Source of the DNA: Thermodesulfobium acidiphilum | GTDB taxonomy: Bacteria; Thermodesulfobiota; Thermodesulfobiia; Thermodesulfobiales; Thermodesulfobiaceae | DNA: 64,000 nt | Direction: 5' to 3' | NCBI RefSeq assembly: GCF_003057965.1 | Contig: NZ_CP020921.1 | Coordinates: 1,662,916-1,726,915 of the forward strand | In this document: piece by piece, positions 49,123 through 60,448 of the stretch | How positions within the stretch are numbered: position 1 is the first letter of the stretch | Layout: every line of letters begins with the position of its first letter | The notes under the pieces: generated by a model | Databases searched by the model: none | What the model saw: the letters and a program-made list of their open reading frames with translations, nothing else | What the model was told of the DNA's origin: nothing | Made by a program: the position numbers and the translations under genes

Positions 49123-50755
49123 TACTTTCTGTAGCCTTTGAATCTTCTCTATTTTTCAGTTTATCAGGTCTAGTATCTCTAATTAAAAGGCTAAACAAAG
49201 TGGCTACAATAAACAAAAAGAGTATCCAAAAAAAAGTAGTATTATAAGCCATTATAGCAGCGTGAAGATCAATGTAGTTGCTCAAAATAGCGAAGGTTTT
49301 GTCTGGCAAATCAGCAGGGGTTGAACCTGCATTTTGCATCAAAGCGCCACTTATATCTGCAAACCAGTTGCTTAGTATTGGAGATGTAGTAGCAGGACTA
49401 ACCAGAGAACTCTGTGTATAAAATGGGTTATTTGTAACAATATGCTCTACCATATATGCTCTGTTTATAGTGGTGGAATTTTCAAGCATTGTGGCAAAAA
49501 CTGCTATCCCAACGCTGCCACAAACAGTTCTTATAAGATTAAAAAGTCCAGATGCTCCAAACATATACTTTCTTTCAACAGTCATTAAAGCTGCAGTGCT
49601 TAAAGATACAAATATAAACGCAAATGCAATTCCCTGAATTAACTGAGGAATCAATATGTCCCAGGCATTGATATCTAGATTCATTACAGTTAGAGGATAA
49701 AAGCTAATTGCAGCCAATACTGTGGCAATAAAGATCATCTTTTTCGGCCCCAAAAAATTGTATATTCTTCCAGCAAGTGGCATAGCAAAAGCCATAGCGA
49801 GACTTCTTGGCATAAGAGCTAAACCTGATTCCATAACTGAGTAACCAAGAACGCTTTCAAATAACATTGGCAATAAAAACAAACTTCCGAAAAGTCCCAT
49901 ACCAAAAATGCCGCCAAGCATTGTAGCACTGGTAAAGGATAAATCCTTTAAAACTCTTAACTCTACAATAGGTTTATCAGTTTTTAATTCCCAAATTATA
50001 AACAATATAAGAGAGACTGCGCTGGTAATGGCAAGTTTTACTATAAAATCAGATTCAAACCACGAATTTTCCTGACCCTTTTCAAGCATTATTTGCAAGG
50101 TCGAAAGACCCACCGTCATCAACATAAGACCTACATAATCAATTTTGCCGGTGTGCCTTTCTCGATCAAGAGATTCTTTTAAAAAGAGAGAGATTAGTAT
50201 TAGATCTAATATTATAAACGGCATATTTATATAAAAGATCCAGTTCCAGCTATAGTTATCAGTTATATACCCACCAAGTGTTGGCCCAATACCTGGCCCC
50301 AAAACAACTCCCATACCAAAAACTCCCATAGCTTTACCCTGTTCTTCTGGGGGAAACGTTTCTCTAAGAATTGCCTGTGACATAGGAATTAGAGCACCAC
50401 CACCTATGCCTTGAATAACTCTAAAAAGGATCATCGATTCCATATTCCAGGCAAGACCACACAAAAAAGAACCTACTCCAAAAATAATTACGCTAAAAGT
50501 AAAAAATCTTACCTTACCAAACAAGTCGCTTAGAAAACCAATTGCAGGCATTACAACTACGTTTGACAACATGTACGCTGTTGAAACCCAGGTTATTTCA
50601 GTAACTGACGCTCCAAGAGAACCCCTCATATTTGGTAAAGCAACGTTTACAATGCTCGTGTCAAGAGCAGCTATTAACGTGCTAATCATTATTGTAAGGG
50701 TTACCATCCATTTATTTGGCAAAGTAGTATCCTTAGGCATTATTAATAATTTCAC
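49109..50755 (-). CDS. DHA2 family (EmrB/QacA) MFS efflux permease
   Basis: LDTSIVNVALP, RVIQGIGGG, GPTLGG, WIFYIN. Confidence 0.93.
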   Translation of the reverse strand: MKLLIMPKDTTLPNKWMVTLTIMISTLIAALDTSIVNVALPNMRGSLGASVTEITWVSTAYMLSNVVVMPAIGFLSDLFGKVRFFTFSVIIFGVGSFLCGLAWNMESMILFRVIQGIGGGALIPMSQAILRETFPPEEQGKAMGVFGMGVVLGPGIGPTLGGYITDNYSWNWIFYINMPFIILDLILISLFLKESLDRERHTGKIDYVGLMLMTVGLSTLQIMLEKGQENSWFESDFIVKLAITSAVSLILFIIWELKTDKPIVELRVLKDLSFTSATMLGGIFGMGLFGSLFLLPMLFESVLGYSVMESGLALMPRSLAMAFAMPLAGRIYNFLGPKKMIFIATVLAAISFYPLTVMNLDINAWDILIPQLIQGIAFAFIFVSLSTAALMTVERKYMFGASGLFNLIRTVCGSVGIAVFATMLENSTTINRAYMVEHIVTNNPFYTQSSLVSPATTSPILSNWFADISGALMQNAGSTPADLPDKTFAILSNYIDLHAAIMAYNTTFFWILFLFIVATLFSLLIRDTRPDKLKNREDSKATESIIEL

Positions 50756-50861
50756 ATCCTCAGAATTGAATAAAGTAGATACATAAATAAATTAAAGTTT
50801 ATTTAAATCCCAGAAAGAAAGTTTTAATCTAACCTATTAAGTTTATAAAAGAATATGCCAA

Positions 50862-51947
50862 CTAAAATCCTGTATCGACATAAGGATTTACTGAAAGCCC
50901 AGGATAAAGAGGATGTTTCGGATCATATGGGCTATCAATTGCTATCCTTACGGGTACCCTCTGAACAACTTTGACGAAGTTTCCTGTGGCATTTTCCGGA
51001 GGCAAAAGGCTAAATACTGCTCCAGTTCCTGGTTGGAAGCTTTCAACGTGTCCCTCAAACTTAATTCCAGGATACGCATCAACATATATGTCCACCTTTT
51101 GACCTACTCTCATCTTATCAAGTTGAGTTTCTTTAAAGTTTGCAGTAACCCATAAGTCATTTTTCTTTACCAAAATAAATAAAGTTTGTCCGGGTACAGC
51201 ATAATTTCCTACTTCTGCAAACTTTTTTGCGATATAACCATCTTCTGGCGCATAAATTTTCGTTCTTTTAACATTAATAAGAGCCTGATCTAGATTCGCT
51301 TTAGCTTCTTTAATAGCATATAAAGCTGTAACTTTTTGTGCTCTAATGGTATCTAGAGCTGCCTTTGCCCGAGTAACGGCTTTTTGAGCAGCTTTCATAG
51401 CAGCTACAGCCGTCTTTTCCTTGGTAAGATAGGTATCATAAACATCAGCAGAAACTGCATTTTGTTTATATAAGTCTTCATACCTCACCCTCTCTTTTTG
51501 CGCAAGTTCCGCCTGTGCCTCAGCTGATGAATAATTATCCATTGCTTGTTGCAGCGCCGCCTCAGCTTGTTTTTCAGAACTTTCAAGCTCATTGATAGTT
51601 GCTTTAGCTTTATTAAGTGCAGCCTCATTTAGATTAAGAGCATTTGTATAATCAGAGGTTTCAATTTCAGCGATAACCTGGCCCTTTTTTACTTCTTGGT
51701 ATCTCTCTACATTAACTGCAACAATCTTGCCCGATATCTGAGGTGAGATATAAATATACGTACCCTCAATATATGCATCGTCTGTGCTCTGGTGAGTAAG
51801 AGAATAAACTATTTTTTGATAAGCAAAGGGAGAAAGTAAAGCGAGCACAACTAAAATAAATATAAGGAAACCTTTTTTAGAAGGCTTTTTTGGTTGTAGG
51901 AGTTTAAATTTAGTCCTGACATTATTTTCTTTAGGTTGGTCTGACAT
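50862..51947 (-). CDS. HlyD/EmrA family periplasmic adaptor
   Basis: STDDAY, ANFKETQL, FSLLPPENATGNFVKVVQRVPVRI. Confidence 0.94.
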   Translation of the reverse strand: MSDQPKENNVRTKFKLLQPKKPSKKGFLIFILVVLALLSPFAYQKIVYSLTHQSTDDAYIEGTYIYISPQISGKIVAVNVERYQEVKKGQVIAEIETSDYTNALNLNEAALNKAKATINELESSEKQAEAALQQAMDNYSSAEAQAELAQKERVRYEDLYKQNAVSADVYDTYLTKEKTAVAAMKAAQKAVTRAKAALDTIRAQKVTALYAIKEAKANLDQALINVKRTKIYAPEDGYIAKKFAEVGNYAVPGQTLFILVKKNDLWVTANFKETQLDKMRVGQKVDIYVDAYPGIKFEGHVESFQPGTGAVFSLLPPENATGNFVKVVQRVPVRIAIDSPYDPKHPLYPGLSVNPYVDTGF

Positions 51948-51983
51948 AATTCCTCCTAAATAGTTTCTTATTGATAAAGTATT

Positions 51984-52012
51984 ATTTTAGTAAATACTGA
52001 CCAATCAGTCAA
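51984..52012 (-). promoter_or_regulatory. emrA-like promoter with overlapping palindromic operator
   Basis: TTGACT-N17-TAAAAT; TGAC-N6-GTCA at 51998-52011. Confidence 0.65.
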
Positions 52013-52208
52013 CCACATAATTCTATGCAAAAATAGCCTAACTTCAAGGGTACAATTATTGATGTATCTAAAACGTTTTATTGATAGTTTGTTTCTATAA
52101 ATAACTAAATTTTTTGAAAACAAAAAGAATTCTAATGAAAAAAGATATTTACAATGTCTTTAAAGTGATATAATTATATTTAGTAAATAATTTAAGGAGG
52201 CGTTTGAC

Positions 52209-52625
52209 ATGGATCGGAAGTCTGTTTTGGTAGCCTTTAAGAACTTTAAGGGAGATAGATCCGTTTTGAAAGAGGCTACAAGGATTGCAAGGTCAAATAA
52301 TGCTGTCGTTTATCTTCTGAACATAGTCGAGCGCTCTAGTTTCCTTGGGGTATATAACCCGGATGCAGAAGAAGAACTTCTTAAAAGGGCAGAAAGTGAG
52401 ATAGAAAAAGCGAAAGACTATCTTAAATCAGAAGGTGTCGAGGCGTTAGGACTTGTGAAATTTGGCGAAAGAAGCGAAATTATATGCGACGTTGCAAAAA
52501 AGATAAAACCAGTAAGGATTGTAATTGGAAACAGAGGGCTTAGGGGTATAAAAAGGCTTTTATTTGGCGGGGTACCAGAAAGAGTAGTAAAAACCTCTCC
52601 TTGTCCTGTATATGTTGTAGAATAG
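52209..52625 (+). CDS. Universal stress protein
   Basis: IVIGNRG..LFGGVPERVVKTSPCPVYVV. Confidence 0.93.
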   Translation: MDRKSVLVAFKNFKGDRSVLKEATRIARSNNAVVYLLNIVERSSFLGVYNPDAEEELLKRAESEIEKAKDYLKSEGVEALGLVKFGERSEIICDVAKKIKPVRIVIGNRGLRGIKRLLFGGVPERVVKTSPCPVYVVE

Positions 52626-52641
52626 CTGAAAAACAGATTTT

Positions 52642-52669
52642 ACCCCCGAAGTGAATTTCGGGGGTTTTT
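52642..52669 (+). terminator. Rho-independent terminator (between usp and alaS)
   Basis: ACCCCCGAA...TTCGGGGGT followed by T-run. Confidence 0.85.
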
Positions 52670-52673
52670 ATAT

Positions 52674-55238
52674 TTATACGGTCTTCAAAAAATCTTTCAA
52701 AGCGTTGATAGCAAAATCAAGCTTGTTGATATCTTTAATTCCACCCTGTACAACTTTGTCTCGGCCTCCAGATCCTCCACCTGTGACATTTGTAATAATC
52801 TTGGCTAATTCTTTTGCACTAATACCTTTTGACACCTTATCTGAAATTGACAATACAAAATTAGCACCTTGGTCGTTGACTGAATAAATAAATAGTATCA
52901 GGTTATCAAAATGATTTCTAGCTAAATCTACAAAAAAGAGCATATCCTCTTTAGTGCAGCCATTTAAATTTTCAGAATATAAGGAAAATTTCCCAATCTC
53001 TTCTGCAGCAAGATTGTTAGCCCTTATTCTCAAATAATTCATGGTAACTTCTTTAAGTCGTTTTTTAGTTTCATCCAGATCTTTTATGATAGAAATAGAC
53101 TTTTTCACTGGAAAACCACTTGCATCTAAAATTTTATCTATTTCATCAAGGTTTTTTCTTTTTTGTTGAAAATATTTTAAAGCTTTAATTCCAGTAAACG
53201 CTTCAATCCTTCTAACAGAACTTGCAATAGATTCTTGTTTTACAATAGCAAACATGCCAATTTCACCTGTCATTTTCACATGAGTGCCTCCACACAACTC
53301 TGAAGAAACGCTGTCAATATTTACCACTCTAACCTTAGATTTATACTTGTCCGAAAACAAGGCTATAGCACCTGATTTTATTGCATCTTCAAGATTCATC
53401 TCTTGAACTGTAACTTTATAATTTTTCATTATTATTTTATTTACAGATATTTCAATATCAGATATATCCTCATCAGACAAAGCATTCGAAAAAAAGTCAA
53501 ATCTTAATAGTTCATCCGAAACAAATGAGCCTCTTTGGCTAACAGCCTCACCAAATTTCTCTCTAAGAACAGCGTGTAAAATATGAGTACAGGTATGATT
53601 GCTCGAGGACAAACTTCTTCGGTTTATATCGATTTCAGCTTCTATGGAGTCCCCAGCGCAAAAACTTCCAGATTCTACTTTCCCAAAATGAAATATTGCA
53701 TCCTTTTCCTTTTGCACATTTATAACTCTAAAGGTAGAATTTTTGGATACAATATAACCGATATCAGAAATTTGACCTCCGCTTTCCGGGTAAAAAGGGG
53801 TCTTATCCAAAACAATATATCCTTCTTCACCGAAAGAAAGGCTCCTTACTTCGTTATTACTTTTGTATATACCCAATATTTTTGAACCAGTCTTAAAATT
53901 ATCATAGCCAACAAATTCTGTAGTAAGAGATGTGGTTATAACCTCGTTTACAAACTGTGACCCCTGTCTGGAAAGATTTTTTCTTTGTATCAATAATTCG
54001 TTAAATCCCTCAATATCAACGCCTACATTAAATTCTGCAGCCATTTCTTTGGTTAACTCAACAGGGAAGCCATAAGTGTCATAAAGCATGAATGCAATTT
54101 CTCCAGAAACAATGCCATCTTTTCTAATTTGGGGCACTAATTTATTGAAAATGCTTAAACCATCTTTGAGACTTTGGGAAAATTTTTCTTCTTCCGCTCT
54201 TATAGCATCTATAATATATTCTTTTTTCTCAAAAAGCTCAGGATATGAATGACGGTATATATCAGAAACAGTTGGAACTGCCTTATATATGAATGGAATC
54301 TGATACCCTGACAGGTGTGAAAGGGTAAGAGCCCTTCTCAAAAGTCTTCTAACTACGTAGCCTCTTCCCTCATTTGAAGGGAGTACTCCATCAGATATTG
54401 CAAAAACAGCGCCTCTTAGATGATCAGACATAACTCGCAATGGGATAATTCCTTTCCCTTTATATTCTATTCCAGTAATAGAAGAGATCTTTTCAATAAT
54501 AGGATATATTAAATCTGTCTCATAATTTGAATCCTTTCCTTGTAAAACTGAAGCTATCCTTTCAAGACCCATTCCGGTATCTATACCTTTTTTGCTAAGC
54601 AATGTTAAGTTAGATTCTTCATCCCTATTGTATTGCATAAAAACGAGGTTCCAAATTTCAAGGAACCTATCACAATCACAAAGTGGAGAACAATCAGATC
54701 TCTTACAACCAAAGTTTTCTCCTCTATCATAATATATTTCAGAACAAGGACCACATGGACCTACAGGCCCAGCAGACCAAAAATTATCCTTTTCACCCGA
54801 TCTATAAATCTTTTCAGCAGGTATATCTAAAGACCTCCAAATTTCATAGGACTCATCGTCATCCTTGTATATAGTTATAAAAAGTCTTTCCTTTTGTAAA
54901 TGTAAAACTTCTGTAACAAAAACCCACGCAAAAGGGATAGCCTTTTCTTTAAAGTAGTCACCAAAAGAAAAGTTACCTAACATCTCAAAGAATGTATGAT
55001 GTCTAGCAGTTTTTCCCACTTCTTCAATATCATTGGTTCTCAAACATTTTTGAGAAGTTGCCGCCCTCTTAAAAGGCGGTTCTTCTCTCCCCAAAAAATA
55101 TGGTTTAAACGGAACCATGCCTGCAATTGTAAACAAAATTGTTGGATCTTCCGGAACAAGCGAAAAGCTTGGTAAAACAGTATGACCTCTATCTTTAAAA
55201 TAATTTAAAAAAAGGCGTCTAATATCATCTGAAGTCAA
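52674..55238 (-). CDS. alaS: Alanine--tRNA ligase
   Basis: AGMVPFK, RHHTFFEMLGNFSFGDYFK, GPCGPCSE, DTGMGLER, ELCGGTH. Confidence 0.98.
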   Translation of the reverse strand: MTSDDIRRLFLNYFKDRGHTVLPSFSLVPEDPTILFTIAGMVPFKPYFLGREEPPFKRAATSQKCLRTNDIEEVGKTARHHTFFEMLGNFSFGDYFKEKAIPFAWVFVTEVLHLQKERLFITIYKDDDESYEIWRSLDIPAEKIYRSGEKDNFWSAGPVGPCGPCSEIYYDRGENFGCKRSDCSPLCDCDRFLEIWNLVFMQYNRDEESNLTLLSKKGIDTGMGLERIASVLQGKDSNYETDLIYPIIEKISSITGIEYKGKGIIPLRVMSDHLRGAVFAISDGVLPSNEGRGYVVRRLLRRALTLSHLSGYQIPFIYKAVPTVSDIYRHSYPELFEKKEYIIDAIRAEEEKFSQSLKDGLSIFNKLVPQIRKDGIVSGEIAFMLYDTYGFPVELTKEMAAEFNVGVDIEGFNELLIQRKNLSRQGSQFVNEVITTSLTTEFVGYDNFKTGSKILGIYKSNNEVRSLSFGEEGYIVLDKTPFYPESGGQISDIGYIVSKNSTFRVINVQKEKDAIFHFGKVESGSFCAGDSIEAEIDINRRSLSSSNHTCTHILHAVLREKFGEAVSQRGSFVSDELLRFDFFSNALSDEDISDIEISVNKIIMKNYKVTVQEMNLEDAIKSGAIALFSDKYKSKVRVVNIDSVSSELCGGTHVKMTGEIGMFAIVKQESIASSVRRIEAFTGIKALKYFQQKRKNLDEIDKILDASGFPVKKSISIIKDLDETKKRLKEVTMNYLRIRANNLAAEEIGKFSLYSENLNGCTKEDMLFFVDLARNHFDNLILFIYSVNDQGANFVLSISDKVSKGISAKELAKIITNVTGGGSGGRDKVVQGGIKDINKLDFAINALKDFLKTV

Positions 55239-55298
55239 TTGATAAACCTCCTACACTACAATCTAAAAAATTAATATTATATTATTATATAAACAAAA

Positions 55299-55943
55299 TT
55301 ACATAAAGCGTAAAACTTCATTAACACTTTTACGCCTTGGCGCAGCCAAATCTTTTATCGCAGGCTTACCTAGAGGTATAGTAGCAACAATTCTGTCGGC
55401 TTCTTGAATCCCAAGAATTTTGCCCATTTCCTTTCTTGCAATATTTGGTGCAGTCATCCAACAACTTCCATAACCTAATATATGTGCAGCAATTTGAAGT
55501 TGCAAAATACTTGCTGAAACGCTTTGTATTGATGCCTCATATGCAAAGGACGGTTCATCCTCTTCTACAAAATATTCGTTAATAAAGTCCATTACTGACT
55601 TATAAGGCTTCGCAATAGCAAATATTACAACGGGAGCTTCTTTGAAGAAAGTAAAATAAAAACTCGATTTTGAAATAAGTTTTATCTGTCTTGTATCTTT
55701 TTCTTTATCAAGAGTAGATGCTAGAAATTCAAGTTTTTTAAGTACTGCGTTTGCAAGTTCTTCCTTTAAAGAGTTGTCGTAAACCGCTATATATTCCCAA
55801 GGTTGAGAATTTGTAGCAGATGGGGACATAGTAGCGATATATATAATCTTTTCTATATCCTCTTTCGGGACCGGATCAGGTAAAAACTTTCTATGGGATC
55901 GACGATCTAAAAGAATGTTAATAAAGTCTTTTTGCATCATCAT
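55299..55943 (-). CDS. Nitroreductase family protein
   Basis: RRSHRKF, SPSATNSQPW, GYGSCW. Confidence 0.92.
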   Translation of the reverse strand: MMMQKDFINILLDRRSHRKFLPDPVPKEDIEKIIYIATMSPSATNSQPWEYIAVYDNSLKEELANAVLKKLEFLASTLDKEKDTRQIKLISKSSFYFTFFKEAPVVIFAIAKPYKSVMDFINEYFVEEDEPSFAYEASIQSVSASILQLQIAAHILGYGSCWMTAPNIARKEMGKILGIQEADRIVATIPLGKPAIKDLAAPRRKSVNEVLRFM

Positions 55944-56006
55944 CCTCCCTTACATAATTTTACAAAAAAGTTACTTAAAAGATACAGGTTTAAAATTTTA
56001 AAATGT

Positions 56007-56813
56007 TTATTTATCCTCTTTTTCTACGCTTTGCAAATATGCAGGATTGAAAATATGGCTTAAAAGATTTATCGGAATAGGAAGTATGGTAGTCGTATTT
56101 CTCTCTGGCGAAATATCGGCAATTGTCTGTAAAAATCTAAGTTGAATAGTTAAGGGATTTTGTGCCATAACTTCAGCAGCCTGTTTTAACTTCTCTGATG
56201 CCTGAAATTCTCCATCTGCAATAATAACCTTTGCTCTTCTGAGCCTTTCTGCTTCAGCCTGTTTGGCTATAGCTCTTTGCATCTCTTGAGGTATTTCAAC
56301 ATCTTTTAGCTCAACCACGCTTACCTTAATGCCCCATGGATTGGTTTGTTCATCTATAATTTGTTGAAGTCTGTGGTTTATAGCTTCTCTTTGTGACAAC
56401 ATTTCATCAAGTTCAGATTGACCAAGAACCGATCTTAAAGTTGTTTGCGCAATTTGGGAAGTAGCTCTTACAAAATTCTCAACCTTGAGCACTCCAAGTT
56501 CCGGATCTACTAATCTAAAATATACTACTGCATTCACTCTGACCGGAACATTATCTTTTGTAATGATCTCCTGTGGAGGAACGTCCATCGTAATAGTCCT
56601 CAGATCTACCTTTACCATTCTTTCAACAAATGGGATCAAGAGTATAAGACCAGGCCCTCTTACCCCTACAAACCTACCCAATCTAAAAACAACACCTCTT
56701 TCATACTCCTGAGTAATTCTTATAGCGCTTGGAAGAACTATTGCAGTTACAAGTATTACAAACAAAATAAAAATTAAAACTGAGCTAAAAGCAAATCTAA
56801 CAACCTCGTACAT
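56007..56813 (-). CDS. SPFH/slipin (stomatin-like) protein
   Basis: [33 protein letters not shown]. Confidence 0.95.
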   Translation of the reverse strand: MYEVVRFAFSSVLIFILFVILVTAIVLPSAIRITQEYERGVVFRLGRFVGVRGPGLILLIPFVERMVKVDLRTITMDVPPQEIITKDNVPVRVNAVVYFRLVDPELGVLKVENFVRATSQIAQTTLRSVLGQSELDEMLSQREAINHRLQQIIDEQTNPWGIKVSVVELKDVEIPQEMQRAIAKQAEAERLRRAKVIIADGEFQASEKLKQAAEVMAQNPLTIQLRFLQTIADISPERNTTTILPIPINLLSHIFNPAYLQSVEKEDK

Positions 56814-56874
56814 ATTAGCCTCCTCTCAAAGCTTTTTTTAATTAATTGAAAAGTTAATTATATAACTTAAGCTT

Positions 56875-58167
56875 TTATGTCCTTTTTACTTTAAGGACAA
56901 TTCCCTCTTTACCTACTATTCTCACGGTATCACCAACCTTATAAACCTGATCATCTATTGGCTTTGCGCTCCAAAGTTCTCCATCAAAAAAAACTAAAAG
57001 TAGCTTTGCACCATCTCTCACATCTTTTACTTCAGCTTCTTTATCAATAAGATAAGAAGAATCTATAAATGGCTTTTTTCTTCTAGTTCCTAGAACAAGA
57101 TAAAAAAGTATAGCTATTAATAAACCAGTCAGTATAGCTGCTGGAATTACAACTGTAAGAACTGATGGATAGCCTAATCTCTCAGAGGGTTCAAAAATCA
57201 TGAACATTCCAAAAACTAAACTTATAATACCGCCAATAGTCAAAATACCAAAAGATGAAACAAAAATCTCCGTCACAAAAAGAATAACAGCAAATCCAAC
57301 AAAAAGTAATCCCGTAATATTAAATGGTAGATTACCAAGCGCAAAAAATGACAACACAACACATATAAAACCAATAATTCCAGGGAAGATTAACCCAGGA
57401 CTTGCCAACTCAAATATAATTCCATAAATTCCAACCATCATTAATATGCTTGCTACAGTAGGGTTTGAAATAAGATGCAAAAAATTTTCGAAAAAGGACA
57501 TTTTATAATATACAAAATTTGGCTCTAAATTAAGAACTATTTTATTGTTATCAGCTATAACTGTTCTGCCATTTGCTTGAGAAACCAAAGAATCTAAATC
57601 TTTAGCCACAATATCTATTACGCCTTCTTTAATTGCCTCTGAATCGTTTAGGCTTTGGCTATTTAATACCGCGCTTTGAGCCCAATTCTCATTTCTTCCG
57701 TGAATTTTTGCAAGGCTTCTAATATATGAAGCAGCATCTTGAGTTGCCTTTTCAAGCAAAGTTTTATCGTTTCCCCCTCCAATCATCACAGGGTGAGCAG
57801 CACCTATAGAAGTATTTGGTGACATAACAGCCAGAGAAGACGCCTCTACAATAAAAGTACCCGCCGATGCAGCTCTTGCGCCAGATGGATATACAAAGCT
57901 TGCAACAGGTACCTTTGACTTTAAAATAGATTGAACTATCTCTCTCATAGACTGATCAAGACCGCCAGGTGTATCAAGTTCTATTACTACAAGTGACATA
58001 TTTTTATTATTTGCGCTCTCAATACCACTCTTAACGTATCTTGCTATTACAGGATCTATTGCACCATTGACATGTAAAACCAATATCTCTCCTGCACAAG
58101 CCTTATTAAAAAGAGAGAAAGTAAAGAGAAACAAAAACGCTATGATTGTAAAATTAAAATATCTCAT
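56875..58167 (-). CDS. nfeD: NfeD family membrane-bound serine protease
   Basis: LDTPGGL, ARAASAG, IGAAHPV, GELWSA; upstream of slipin. Confidence 0.93.
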   Translation of the reverse strand: MRYFNFTIIAFLFLFTFSLFNKACAGEILVLHVNGAIDPVIARYVKSGIESANNKNMSLVVIELDTPGGLDQSMREIVQSILKSKVPVASFVYPSGARAASAGTFIVEASSLAVMSPNTSIGAAHPVMIGGGNDKTLLEKATQDAASYIRSLAKIHGRNENWAQSAVLNSQSLNDSEAIKEGVIDIVAKDLDSLVSQANGRTVIADNNKIVLNLEPNFVYYKMSFFENFLHLISNPTVASILMMVGIYGIIFELASPGLIFPGIIGFICVVLSFFALGNLPFNITGLLFVGFAVILFVTEIFVSSFGILTIGGIISLVFGMFMIFEPSERLGYPSVLTVVIPAAILTGLLIAILFYLVLGTRRKKPFIDSSYLIDKEAEVKDVRDGAKLLLVFFDGELWSAKPIDDQVYKVGDTVRIVGKEGIVLKVKRT

Positions 58168-58169
58168 AA

Positions 58170-59363
58170 CTAATTAACCACTATTTGAATGTGCAAGGGA
58201 CCAATTGCGTAAGTATCTTCTGCCGCAAGAATGCTAATTTTAACGCTACCCTGATAGGACAAATTTTTAATATTTCTTATCGCATTATAAAGAACAGGAT
58301 ATGATACGTTTCCAACAGTTCCAGTTAAAGGATCTGGAACAATCCCCCTTAACTTAGCAACATGATTAGTTTCCTGCAGTAAAGCGCCCAGCTTAGCAAG
58401 AAGTAAATTGCTGTCAAGATTTGGGTCTACTTCAGCAGATACTATTGTCTCGCCCTTTCTAAAAACAAGATTGTTTTCAAAAACTTGAAGAGAGGCAAGA
58501 ATATGTTTCTCACCAACCACGACATTGCCTTCAGAAAGTATCCTCACTGCAAATTGAATATTATTTTTTGCCATCAAATTAATAGAATTAATAACATTTT
58601 GCTTTGGAATAAAAAGAACAGTATCAGTATTTTGTAAACCCAATTCATTTATAAGAATAGAATTGGTTTTTTGTATAAAGTCATTTAGCTCGCTTTCACA
58701 AACTGATTTATCTCCTCCTTGTATAATTGTTTGGGCAATTATCTGATGAGCCTCAAATTGAAGTTTACCAGTTCTAAGAGATTGGATTGATGCCTTTAAC
58801 TTATCCAACAAAGCTTTTGATGAACTAATATCGTTTAATAAATTCTCCTTTTCAGAATTTAAAGAAGCAATTTTTTCATCTAGCAGAGATTTTTGATATT
58901 CCATTTCCTTTATATGAGAGAGAGCTAGCTTATTTTCTTTTTTTAAGTTTATGGTATCTAAAATTAGCTTTTGTTTTTCCCTATTAACGTTATTTAAATC
59001 AAACTTGAGATTTTTTAACTCTTTTGAACTTTTATTATATTCATGTAAAAGCCTTTCCTTTTCTTGAGTCAAATTATCTTTTTCTTTTGTAAGAACAGAA
59101 ATCTCTTCCTTTAGTGTTTGAAGGCCAAAAAGAGCTACCCTTGCATTTTGAGAAAGTGACAGCATAATAACAACAGTTATTGCAGCTATTAAAATCCCTG
59201 AACTAACAGACATAAAGGTCGCAGTATGTTTGGGCCTTAAACCAAAAACAGAAAGCTTTTTTTTACCAGCCTTTTTCCCTAATTTATCTGCAATGTAAGC
59301 AACTATCGCGCTAAGAATAAGAAGAATGGGAATAAAATAAAATCCTAATTCTAAGTGTCCCAC
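58170..59363 (-). CDS. DUF3084 domain protein
   Basis: DKLGKKAGKKKLSVFGLRPKHTA, coiled coil, DTYAIGPL. Confidence 0.85.
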   Translation of the reverse strand: MGHLELGFYFIPILLILSAIVAYIADKLGKKAGKKKLSVFGLRPKHTATFMSVSSGILIAAITVVIMLSLSQNARVALFGLQTLKEEISVLTKEKDNLTQEKERLLHEYNKSSKELKNLKFDLNNVNREKQKLILDTINLKKENKLALSHIKEMEYQKSLLDEKIASLNSEKENLLNDISSSKALLDKLKASIQSLRTGKLQFEAHQIIAQTIIQGGDKSVCESELNDFIQKTNSILINELGLQNTDTVLFIPKQNVINSINLMAKNNIQFAVRILSEGNVVVGEKHILASLQVFENNLVFRKGETIVSAEVDPNLDSNLLLAKLGALLQETNHVAKLRGIVPDPLTGTVGNVSYPVLYNAIRNIKNLSYQGSVKISILAAEDTYAIGPLHIQIVVN

Positions 59364-60448
59364 TTGACAACCATAAATATTCCAAAAATTGTAATTAGTA
59401 TATCTGCTCCGAATGAGGCTATAAAGGGAGGAAGATAATTCATATAACCCAGAGTTGTAAATAGGCTAAAAATTAGATAATAAAAAAGAACAGTAGTTAT
59501 AGCAATGCCAAAACCTATAACAGACGACTTTCTTTCGGAAGCTATGCCAAAGGCAACACCTATACAAGCAAAAGCAAAGCATGCAAATGGAAGAGAAAGT
59601 TTGTTATATAAATCAACGTACAAAGACTTATCAACAATATCTCTGGAATTTGAAAGATAGCTCAGTAATTCAAAAAAGCTCATATCTCTAGGCTTTTTTG
59701 TAGGCAAAGCCTTTACAGTTTGAGGCAAAACCCCAAGAGGAACAATTAACTTTTCGAAATCAAGTCTGCCCATAATAATGCCATCCTTAGAAAATTCATA
59801 AGACAATCCTTTTGATGCTACCCACCGGTTACCCGTAAATGAAAGTTTGCTAGAATATATCGTTCTTTTCAAGAATTCATTATCAAATTCCTGGATATAA
59901 ACGTCCTGTAAAGACATTGTAGCAGGTTTATATTCTTTTGCGAAGATTATAAATTTTGGTTGAGGGCTGTCAGGAGGTAACTTAAATAAAACATTTTGTC
60001 TTTCAGTATTAAGTTCTTTTTTTAGGTCCTTTGCAATAATATATCTGCTTTTATCTAACAAAGGATAGGCTAGTTTTTCAAATGTAAAAAAAGAGACTAT
60101 TGAAAAAAAAATGCCAATTATTATGAAAGGAAAAGAAAATTTAAGGACAGATAAACCTGCAGATCTTAGAGCCACAAGCTCCCAATTTGATGAAATCCTG
60201 GAAACTGCCATCAAGACTCCTAAAAGAGTTGCCATTGGGAAAGCAAAAGCTATAGAATAAGGCAATCCACATGCAGCAAGTTTTACACCTGTTAGAAATG
60301 ACCCTTGATTGTCAGCAACTAATTTGATGGTTCTCATTGATTCCCCTGCCAGCATCAACCCAGAAAAAGCAAGAAGACCAAAGAAAAAAAAAGGCAAAAA
60401 ATCTTTTAGTATATAAGACCAAAAAAGTTTATTTAAGAGAAGCTTCAT
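59351..60448 (-). CDS. LptF/LptG family permease
   Basis: PMATLLGVL..SRISSNWELVALRSAGLS, KLSLPFAC, LPPFIA. Confidence 0.9.
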   Translation of the reverse strand: MKLLLNKLFWSYILKDFLPFFFFGLLAFSGLMLAGESMRTIKLVADNQGSFLTGVKLAACGLPYSIAFAFPMATLLGVLMAVSRISSNWELVALRSAGLSVLKFSFPFIIIGIFFSIVSFFTFEKLAYPLLDKSRYIIAKDLKKELNTERQNVLFKLPPDSPQPKFIIFAKEYKPATMSLQDVYIQEFDNEFLKRTIYSSKLSFTGNRWVASKGLSYEFSKDGIIMGRLDFEKLIVPLGVLPQTVKALPTKKPRDMSFFELLSYLSNSRDIVDKSLYVDLYNKLSLPFACFAFACIGVAFGIASERKSSVIGFGIAITTVLFYYLIFSLFTTLGYMNYLPPFIASFGADILITIFGIFMVVKWDT

